Below are positions 25,198 to 34,888 of a DNA stretch of 38,289 nucleotides, one piece after another (positions within the stretch are counted from its first letter, which is position 1; every line of letters starts with the position of its first letter). Under the pieces are notes generated by a model. It saw only the letters and a program-made list of their open reading frames with translations. It was not told the origin of the DNA and did no database searches. Source of the DNA: Octopus bimaculoides (lineage: Eukaryota); contig NC_068981.1 of NCBI RefSeq assembly GCF_001194135.2, positions 44,086,978-44,125,266 on the forward strand, read 5' to 3'. The position numbers and the translations under genes were made by a program.

Positions 25198-26138
25198 TAT
25201 ACATGCGTATGTTACGACAGCATCAGTATTACAGATAAAAAGTTTTTACTTTATATCCTCTTACCCTTCGCAAACATTCATGTTTATCTCTCATGACGAA
25301 CAAGAAATCCCAATAGACGGAATGATGGTAGTCTTTTACAATGTGGAAGTATTACTAGCAGTACTAGGAAACTCTTTTCACTTCTCAAGTACACATTTCT
25401 GATTTAGTTACACTCCTTAATATCAGCAAAGACGTTCACATGAATCTAAAATACGACCAGTCTCGAAAGTGTTGCTTATAAAAGTACCATAATAATTCAG
25501 AACAAGCTCTGAGACTTAATCGGCTCCGAAGGCAATAAATAGGTAAATAAATACAACATAAAATGTACATAGGTAAAGCCTTTAGTTCTGCAAAAACTGA
25601 AAAGCAGTTGAAATTAAGCAGTTTGTAAAGAGCAATCTGCTTCTTATTATGAAGATGACGGTAATATTAAGTATATACACTCCTCGATATCTTGTCCGAC
25701 CAGGGTTTTAGAAAAGTAGGTTGTAGCCAGTAGATATATTGTCGATTTGAATTTTGAGAGAACTCTCCGACCTGGAACCAGAACCCCATATTTCGCTCAG
25801 AGTTGTCTGACACGATGTCTTTGTTTGAACTCGTGCTTACTACATGTCACTGTTCTAGTAGATTATATTATTGTGCACAAGATAATACATTAAGTTAATA
25901 GCAAAAAGAGTTTTATACAAAAGAGCTCAACAAAAATGAAAAGTAGAACTATAAATATAACAATAGTAAAATATGAAGGAAGAATCAAAACACAGGTTAA
26001 TTGCAAGAAAAGAACCAAGATTTGATGGCTTTATTTAGAATCCAGTATTACGGATTTTATTTGCAATACTAGGAAACATATTTCGCGACGACTGCATTGC
26101 TGAGGAAGATAAGTCCTTCATTATAATAATATAGTTGT

Positions 26139-26340
26139 AAGGCAGCGAGCTGGCAGAAAGATTCGTACGTCGGGCGAAATGCTTTGTCGTATTTCGTCTG
26201 TCTTTACATTCCGCTGAGGTCGACTTTGCATTTCATCCTCCGGAGTCGATAAATTAAGTACCAGTTGCGTACTGGAGTCGATCTAATCGACTGTCCCCAT
26301 CCCCCAAAATTTCGGGCCGTGTGCCTAGTGTAGAAAAGAT
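26139..26340 (+). mobile_element. SINE family 1, first copy of a head-to-tail pair
   Basis: aaggcagcgagctggcag...gaggtcgactttgcatttcatcc...gtcgataaattaagtaccagttgcgtactgg...gtagaaaaga. Confidence 0.9.
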
Positions 26341-26357
26341 TATTATAATTTAGTTGT

Positions 26358-26552
26358 AAGGCGGTGAGCTGGCAGAAATACTTAACAGTATTTTGTTTGT
26401 CATTATGTTCTGAGTTCAAATTTCGCCGAGGTAAACTTTGCCTTTCACCCTTTCGGCGTTGATAAATTAGGTACCAGTTGCGTACTGTTGTCGATCTAAT
26501 CGACTGGTCCCCTCCCACAAAATTTCGGGCCTCGTACCTTCAGTAAAAAAGA
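26358..26552 (+). mobile_element. SINE family 1, second copy of a head-to-tail pair
   Basis: aaggcggtgagctggcag...gagttcaaatttcgccgagg...ctttgcctttcaccctttcgg...aatttcgggcc. Confidence 0.9.
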
Positions 26553-26940
26553 TTGGAATTTAGTTGCGCTTTTTAAGCTCTGAGGCCAACATTTGTCATC
26601 ACTTCTATGTTGTTGAAATACTATACCCAGTCAAGTTCCAGAATCGACCTAACCATCTAGCATCTTTCTAAAAATTTCCAGGCGCTGTGAATATGATTAA
26701 ATAAAATTATTAATAATTTTATTTTAATGACGAGACGGGAAAAGTCTTGGAACATTAAAGGATTAATGAATTTAGGAGCCGTGCTAATCTCTCAGAAAAC
26801 GAAGGACTGGTAAGGTATTATGATCTATGCAATACAAAGCAATTAACTTCGAACAAAGTTATGTTTTTAATATAAGTATCTACAAACATGCATCTATTCA
26901 TGCAAACATATACAGATATACGTATATGTATACACATTTC

Positions 26941-27298
26941 GTGGCACTCCGTCGGTTACGACGACGAGGGTTCCAGTTGATCCGATCAACGGAATAGCCT
27001 GATCATGAACACTCCACAGACACGTGTACCCTTAACGTAGTTCTCGGGGAGATTCAGTGTGACATAGAGAGTGACAAGACTGGCTCTTTGAAATGCAGGT
27101 ACGACAGAAACAAGAAGAAAGAGTGAGAGAAAGTTGTGGTGAAAGAGTACAGCACAGTTCCCCCCCCCCAACCGGAGCCTCGTGGGGCTACATGTGTTTT
27201 CGCTCAATAAGCACTTACAACGCCTGATTTGAGAATCAAAACCGCGATCCTACAACCGCGAGTGCGCTGCCCTAACCACTGGGCCATTGCGTCTCCAC
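26941..27298 (-). mobile_element. tRNA-derived SINE, family 2a (gtggaggcgcaatggcccagtgg head), near full length
   Basis: A box TGGCCCAGTGG at 27276-27286 and a degenerate B box. The head is homologous to 37793-37955 and the 3' half to 34574-34745. It resembles the octopus OR-type SINEs; exact family not verified. Confidence 0.88.
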
Positions 27299-27910
27299 AT
27301 ACATATATACATACATAATAGCTTACATGCATAGTTTTTATGAAGTATTGTCAGATATATATATAAATGTTTTCAATATTATTCTGTCAAAATAATAAAT
27401 GTATTCAATTGCATTTCAATATATCAGTGCCATGTGTTCATACGCAGTACAGAGCAGAGACATCAGCTATTAGCACCTTTTCTCTTTAAAGTTCTCGAAG
27501 AAGGAATTCTAAGCCTGTAATATCAAAATATAAGGTATAGTACCAATCATCGACATGTATTAGAAATTTATATATTATAAACTTGAATTGTTTTGGTTTT
27601 GAAAATATACTTAAAATCTCTCTCTCACTATATATATATATATATNNNNNNNNNNNNNNNNNNNNNNNNNNNNNNNNNNNNNNNNNNNNNNNNNNNNNNN
27701 NNNNNNNNNNNNNNNNNNNNNNNNNNNNNNNNNNNNNNNNNNNNNNNNNNNNNNNNNNNNNNNNNNNNNNNNNNNNNNNNNNNNNNNNNNNNNNNNNNNN
27801 NNNNNNNNNNNNNNNNNNNNNNNNNNNNNNNNNNNNNNNNNNNNNNNNNNNNNNNNNNNNNNNNNNNNNNNNNNNNNNNNNNNNNNNNNNNNNNNNNNNN
27901 NNNNNNNNNN

Positions 27911-27943
<33 letters not shown>

Positions 27944-28517
27944 GTATATTTGTCCTTTTTCTACTTGTAATATGACGATCCATTGACACACTTTTGTCAT
28001 CGTAATTTCTGAATATTATTAGTTATTACTCCCTTTACATGTCTAGCTGATTTGCAGAGATCATTATAACGTTTTGCTTTTATATTCGTTAATATTACTT
28101 ATGTTACACAACATATTCTGTCTGTTTTTAGCTATCGTTTTATTTTCACCTGCTATTGTCTTTGTTATGCTACAATGTGCACTCATAAGATTTAGAATCT
28201 ATAGAACGTACATGTTCCTATACTATTGCCTAAATCCCCGTTTTGATCGTGCAAGAATCAATTTTCTTTGATGTTCATCATGTATAAGACTATACTGTTT
28301 CTATTGATTTATTGTCTGCTAAAATCCGATCATCGTAGTCGTTTTGTATATAAGTTTCTTTTCATCATCACCATCAGCATCATCATGATCATCGTCATCT
28401 CTCTCCCTGTCTCTCTTTCCTTCTCTGTCTACAATATTCTTTTTTCTCTCTTTCTCTTCATTGCACCACCTATTATGAAACTCACTTCATGTTACTTTAT
28501 TATTTGGTTAGTTTATT

Positions 28518-28612
28518 ACACACACACAGCTATACAAACACACACACACATATGTGTATACATATCTATATATTTATGTACATATACATACATGTATACA
28601 TATAAATATATG

Positions 28613-28704
<92 letters not shown>

Positions 28705-28712
28705 CACACATA
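28518..28712. repeat. (CA)n/(TA)n compound microsatellite
   Basis: Direct reading. Confidence 0.96.
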
Positions 28713-29349
28713 TAAATAAGTATAGATATCAGTCTCTACTCATAGTACTATAGGTACAGATGTCAATCCATTACGGCCGTTTCTAACGACTCCTTTAATT
28801 GATAAATAAAAGCACGACATTATTGTACAGAAGCCGTTGACAGAAATTCCGTCACCTGAAATGGTAGCAGAATCACTGTAAATGTTATTGCTCCATGGAT
28901 TTTAAACTGTGTTAAATCATTTCGAATGTCCTTTATTCTGAAGTTCATGAATGCATCTGACGAAAGCGGTTTCTTTACAATGATGTAATGTTTTCATTAA
29001 TCAATTAAAGGACTCGTTACACAAGTATGTATGCATCGTCGCCTGTATGTCCATGAATAACAGCTGTATTGAATTCATAGCTGTACCTCTACTGTTACTC
29101 ATTTATATTCTATTCACCTGTCTTGGAATCTGTCCTTCGTAAATGTTATGGTCCGTATATTATATATAATGTACATGTCTCAGCACATCAAGTACAGATT
29201 TCCTTACTTAGCTGAGTCTAATTGTATCAATACACTGCAAGAATATCATTCGGCCGGTACTTATGTACCAAGTTTGATATTTACATAATATTGTTGTATG
29301 TGTATAGTATTCCGAGCCATTGATGTGCCTCAGTTTAAGTAACTAATTC

Positions 29350-29406
<57 letters not shown>

Positions 29407-29544
29407 TCGCAACAAATAAATGTATACAAGTATGCGCTTGAATCATACACAAATACACATGCACACGATTGAACGTATATAGAGACGTATATATGTAAGT
29501 ATGTATGTGTGTATATGTGTATGTATGTATGTATGTGTGTTGTA

Positions 29545-29759
29545 CAGTAATCCATTGCTATATCGCGGTTCACATATCGCGGTTTATTGTTTGAGCTTAC
29601 GCCGATTCCTCCGCGGTGATGCTTTGGATTTATGATAAAATAAATATATACAAATTATAAAAATAGAAAAAAATACACAGTACTGGTTCTACTTCGCGGA
29701 TTTTCACCTATCGTTGGGGGTTTATGAACGTAACACCCGTGATAGTAATGGGATAACTG
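29545..29759. mobile_element. Tc1/mariner-superfamily (pogo/Tigger-like) MITE, 215 bp
   Basis: Structure is TA-cagtaatccattgctat...atagtaatgggataactg-TA: imperfect terminal inverted repeats (TIRs) starting CAGT, TA on both sides (29543-44 and 29760-61), AT-rich non-coding interior. Confidence 0.8.
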
Positions 29760-29773
29760 TATATATGTATGTA

Positions 29774-30345
29774 CTAGCTGAATAGACCGTCTCTGCCGGG
29801 AAATTTTTACAATAGAATGTTAAATGAATTTTTATCTTTTCCATGTATGACCATGCCTTCCCCGACAGATAGGTCTCTTAGGAAAGATTTGTACAATTTT
29901 TCGCAATATTCTTCCCTTGATGTTTACTTTTTCCCTTTAAAATTATTTACATATCTGTTCGACCGTTTCACATGACTTAGATAATTAGGACTTATTAAAA
30001 CTTCTGTTCTCAAAATTTCGGTCATCGTAATGCTTTGCCTTCGTTTCTTTAATAAGAATTCCTCTGCGTAATGATTTTGCTTTCATTTTGTGATAGATAG
30101 CTATCATACCGAAAATGCCAGCTTCCAAATTCTCTTTTCTGATTAGGTAAAATGGATTAAACTTTAAACCTCAGTAACATATTTCTGCAATTTTTCTGGA
30201 ACAAATAAATAACAAGATCGGATTTAACAGAAAATTATTTCAATATACCAGGTTTGGAAATTTTGACGTAATTTTAAAATTTCAGAATATGTGACATCAA
30301 CAAGGAAGACCCTACAAAAGTAGTGAGAAATACACTTTTAGGACG

Positions 30346-30383
<38 letters not shown>

Positions 30384-30412
30384 GTAATCCCGAGTTTAAA
30401 ATGTATGATAGA
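29774..30412 (-). mobile_element. Probable non-autonomous Helitron (Lep1/DINE-like architecture)
   Basis: The minus strand starts TCTATCATAC and has a subterminal (TG)n. It ends ccggcagagacgg-tctattcag-CTAG followed by T, i.e. a GC-rich imperfect hairpin about 9 nt before the terminal CTAG. No TSD. The 5' flank base is G rather than the canonical A. Confidence 0.5.
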
Positions 30413-30414
30413 CA

Positions 30415-30446
30415 TATGTATGTACGTATGTATGTATGTATGTATG

Positions 30447-30494
<48 letters not shown>

Positions 30495-30545
30495 TGCGTA
30501 TGTATGTATGTATGTATGTATGTATGTATGTGTGTCTGTTGTATG
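30415..30545. repeat. (TATG)n(TA)n(TG)n(TATG)n microsatellite
   Basis: Direct reading. Confidence 0.96.
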
Positions 30546-32602
30546 TGAGTGTTTAATTCCGATGGACAGCAGAAAAGCCACCAAACCACGCTGTCCTTAA
30601 AGCTACGTATTCCTCACACTCACCTTTCTTTCTTTTCCTCGGCGCTTTAAACTCAGTTGTGTATATGTGCATATGTATGTGCATGTGTCTGTGCATGTAT
30701 GCGCGTATCTATGCATTTACACAGGTATGCATGCATCGTCGCCTGTATGTCCATGAATAACAGCTGTATTAACGTTAACGTCCCACTGTCACCCCAAATT
30801 TGTCACTTACACAACGCTGTACTCTCCATCCCTGATATCAGCCTCACTCACTATGTCCTCACATTTCCCTTACAGAAACACTCGTTGAAATAGATAGTGT
30901 AGTGTTCAAATACCTCTAGTGTCAAATCAGTCAGTGTAGCGAACGTGGCCAATGTCAGATCCTCAGAATGATGAGACAAATGTGGTTGTTGTTCAGGTTT
31001 GAATGCCTCTAGGTTCATAAAGAAAGCAAGTACCACCAGCTTCTATTTTTAGGAATAATTGCAAAAAAGTGACCAGTGTGAGATCTGAAAGAGAAGAGAA
31101 AATTAGGTTCTCAAGTAGACAAAAGGCGGTAATTAATCCTGGCATAGTTGGCAGATAGATGCCTAGTTTGCAGGAGTAGGTACTATGAGATTTGTGGTGG
31201 GATAGAAACGGCAGAACGCATTACTTGGCTTTTTGTGTTTTTTGGTATGATTTTTTTAATGATTCGTCTTTTTCTTTGTGTTTACAATATATGTATGTTT
31301 TGCACTTTTTACGTACCTACATATGGGAATCATTTGCTAATGTATTCCAGGTTTGCTCATTCTAGAGTAAGAGTGCGCAGTTTGAAGCATTATTACACAA
31401 ATGTAAATGGTAAAAGGAGTCAATATGCATTATAACGACTTTATTGACATGAAAGAATGTATGAGTTGTTAAAAATTCTTATGCGCTGAGATATGTGAGC
31501 AAAACCCGTTCATATGGTTTATTTTCAGTCCATGAAATCAGAAAAGAGCTAGAAACTGTCCAAGTAAGTAATGCATACTATTGTTGAGAAGTCCAATGAT
31601 CGATAGAAAACTTGCACTGTTCCAGCCACAAACCTTTCATTTTCTTTTCATATCCCCATGGTCCGCTAGGAGAAAACACGAGTAAATTTTAAAGAGAAAG
31701 AAAAGAAAAGAAGCAACTGTTTGGCATAGTGTGCTTAGATGATTCGAAGGGGAGAATGGATTATAATGTTCATTATTGATTCACAAGCTTAATTTCGATT
31801 GCTTGAGATAACGACGTATCCCTTAAGAGGAGTTGATTTGGCTAATGAGAACCGGTGATACTTATGATTCTTGTGAGGCTCTGGTTTGAATCGCATATTC
31901 GAGATATATGTTTTACAGAATTTTGTAAAAGTCAGAATCTAACTTTGATGCAAAATTGAGCCAAATAGCGGATTAAACATTGCTGTGGGACATATCTTTG
32001 ACGCCTATATTGTAAAATGTTTGCAACTTACCGTGTTCTACATATGTATAAAAAATTCTAAGAGCATAGCGATTGTCACAAACACTCACATACTTTCAGT
32101 TATTTTGCATAGAATAAAACATAATTTGCAAATGTGAAGTTTTTATTTTATCACATGAAAGTTTTTTACAGTAGTGACTGTAGAATTTTTTTTTATGTTG
32201 AACCAATTATTTTTACAGTGGACTGCTTTTGCTCCAATTAATCACTTATAATTTAGTAGGAAGGAAGTCTATATATTGTCGGTCATATAAACAAGACTAA
32301 CAAACTGAGATAGCCAGTAGTTGAAAAGTTTAATCGCCAAGACGTCTATGTAGTCAGTTTACCACCACAAACATTCAACGGTAATGACATGTATATAAGT
32401 ATGCTTGCCTATATACATGCTCACATAGTACATATGTAGGCTTTTATCTATATATGCATATGTGTGTGTTGGTATATATTTATACATGTAAATGTAGCTG
32501 TGTGTACTGATGCATACACTAAACGCGTCAACATCTTTCATATAAATCGGATACGTACATACATATACATATATAAATATATAAATACATTTACATATAC
32601 AA

Positions 32603-33146
32603 ACACACAAATAAAGGAGTGGTACAGCAGGTTCAAAGACTACCACACCTCAGTGGACAGTGGGCTACGTTGTGTTCAGACAATTAACAAAGAATACTAC
32701 CTGGAGGGGTGGGGGTCTTCGTGAAGCTGTGCAGCAAAAACGCCTCGACCGTTGGGCAGCAATTCCACGATGACAACGCACTCGCTCATTCCATCCACGT
32801 CGTCCAAGCTTCAAGCAAAACACACTACTTGTTCGTCAGGCTTCCTAATCCCCAGACTCGGCCCGTTCGACTTCTGGCTATTCCCAAAGTTTAAAAAAAA
32901 CAACAAAAACATTCATAAGGAAAAAATTTGAGTCAACAGAAGATACTAAGCAAAATTCGATGGAACAGCTCTACAGTATCCTAAAAAGTGATGTTTAGAA
33001 ATGTTTCCACCAGTGACAGGAACGCTGGCAGAAGTGTGTAGACTCCCAAGGCGAATACGTTGAAGGAGACTAAACCAAAATGGTGAGTGTTATAATATTA
33101 CTTGTTTTTTGGCCAAAGGTCGTATAATTTTTACCTACACCTCGTA
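32603..33146 (+). mobile_element. Internally deleted mariner (DD34D) transposon remnant with its right TIR
   Basis: QIKEWYSRFKD..TSVDSG (helix-turn-helix region) is fused to QTINKEYYLE. Further motifs: HDDNALAHS, ...PD..P.FDFWLFPK, and RWQKCVDSQGEYVEGD* (stop 33071-33073). The right end ggtcgtataatttttacctacacctcg is followed by TA. No left TIR was found. Confidence 0.9.
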
Positions 33147-33162
33147 TATACATACACAAGGG

Positions 33163-33205
<43 letters not shown>

Positions 33206-34285
33206 GTGCACGCGCGCACACATATATATATACGAGATTATTTGCATGGAAAAGATGTTTTTCCTTCATCCTTCTTCGACCAGAAGAAATGGATCAGCCA
33301 GCGTGATCCATTGGCTATTTTGACTGAACTGTTTTACGTTACATTTGGTAAATTGTTAAATCGCTGCCCATCATTTCGCCCTGACGTCTAGTTTAACTCT
33401 TCTCTCTTGCTCCATAAGAAGTCAAAGGTCCTTTCTGATGCGTCTTCTATTCAGCGCTCAGCCGCATTTATCTCTTTTCCTCTTATTACAGTTGTAATTA
33501 TTCCCCATACTAATCAGGTAGGAAACCTTCAGTAATCAAACTCAACTCCGATGCCTTCTGTGCATACGCTCTGTAATCTTGCCAACGTTTATAGTAATCG
33601 GGGTGATTCCACTGAGAGGCTTGGAATCATTCTACATCCCAAGAAAATTTAAGCTTGATTTAGGTTATCTTTTTTGCCTTTTCTAACAGACGTCTACTTC
33701 TGGCTTCCAGGTTATTTGAGCAGACTTGGAGACCTGCAACTTTTCTCCATTTTTACTTTCGAAGAGTCGCTAATTGCAAACAGCGTAGATATTTTGCTAT
33801 CGTTAAATGTTTACGTGTTCCGTCAACTGATGCTGTGTATCCCTGACGTTGGAGTTTCTTGTGTCTCTTTTGATCCACAGTGCATCTCCCTTGGATAAGT
33901 GCTGTCTTATCTCCCTGAGAATATATACACAAACGTACCACTTTCTTCATAAAGGCTATGCAGCTGTCCCTCTTGTATGCAACATTTATGAAATGCGAGA
34001 GTGTCGCCAGGGAAAGAGTTTAGTCTCCACAGTCCTATCTATGTGATCTGCCTCTTGGGATATCCTACGTGATATATGCACCACACCGGGATACTAGCCC
34101 ACAACTCTTGGTTTTGTGGGTTTTGTCCTTCAATCTGTAGGATGTCCAAAACTACTCTCTTCACTAAAAATCTTTAGTATCGAAGGTGATATTTGTTAGC
34201 TTAGTCAATGACTAAAGAACTGGCTTATATATACATATATGTATACACATACATACATATATGTATACACACACATATGTATATA

Positions 34286-34446
34286 TACGACGAGCTTCTT
34301 TCAGTTCCGTCTACCAAATCTACTCCCAAGGCTTTGGCCCACCCGAAGTTATAATAGAAGACACTTGCCTAAAGTAACACATACTAGGACGGAACCCATA
34401 GCCATGTCGCTTGGAAGCAAGCTTCGTATCACACAGCGTCTCCCAC
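34286..34446 (-). mobile_element. tRNA-derived SINE, family 3 (ggcaagtgtcttcta core, CORE-like), with (TA/TG)n tail
   Basis: Minus strand gctgtgtgatacgaagcttgcttcc...ggcaagtgtcttctatta...ggtagacggaactgaaagaagctcgtc-gtatat. Homologous to 38079-38237. Confidence 0.85.
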
Positions 34447-34573
34447 ATATATATGTTAGATATATATATATATATATATATATANNNNNNNNNNNNNNNN
34501 NNNNNNNNNNNNNNNNNNNNNNNNNNNNNNNNNNNNNNNNNNNNNNNNNNNNNNNNNNNATATATATATTAAA

Positions 34574-34888
34574 GGAGCACTCCATCGGTTACAACAGCGT
34601 GGGTCCCAGCTGATGCGATCAACGGAACAGTCTGCTCATGAAATTAACGTGCAAGTGGTTGAGCACTCCAAGGGCCCGTGTACTCTTAACGCAGCAGGGA
34701 GATTTAACGTGGCACAGAGTGTGACAAGACTGGCTCTTTGAAATACAAGTACTACTCATTTTTGTCAGCTGAGTGGACTGGAGCAATGTGAAAATAAAGT
34801 GTCTCACTCAAGGACACAATGCGTCGCCGTGAATTGAACTCACGACCTTACGATCGTGAGCCGAATATTTCAACCACTAAGCCACGCA
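34574..34888 (-). mobile_element. tRNA-derived SINE, family 2b (different head and body, same 3' module as family 2a)
   Basis: A box TGGCTTAGTGG at 34874-34884, B box GAGTTCAATTC at 34831-34841, body gtgtccttgagtgagacac...ctccagtccactcagctg. The 3' module aligns with 26941-27100. Confidence 0.88.

Larger units (their letters stand above)
29017..30770 (+). repeat. Dispersed direct repeat of 54 bp (29017-29070 and 30717-30770)
   Basis: ttacacaRgtatgYatgcatcgtcgcctgtatgtccatgaataacagctgtatt. 52 of 54 positions identical, including a 40-bp exact block; offset 1700 bp. Confidence 0.95.
439..34559. other. Assembly gaps (N runs): 439-452, 966-1577, 8250-8516, 9664-10079, 19229-19329, 21950-22041, 23485-23739, 24585-25158, 27646-27910, 34485-34559
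   Basis: Direct reading. Almost all are bordered by (TA)n or other simple repeats, as expected for short-read assembly breaks. Confidence 0.98.

Noticed and set aside
26139-26567. CRISPR-like or satellite array interpretation of the repeats
   Set aside because: Only two SINE units are present. There is no repeat-spacer periodicity and no cas genes, and the context is eukaryotic.
30914-31018. EDL...ATLTDLTLE as the start of a myosin motor domain
   Set aside because: No downstream myosin motifs (such as GESGAGKT) were seen on the minus strand in the window, and the spacing does not fit.
33230-34200. GC-richer stretch with short ORFs on both strands, possibly an old LINE
   Set aside because: No diagnostic RT or endonuclease motif could be read in any frame.
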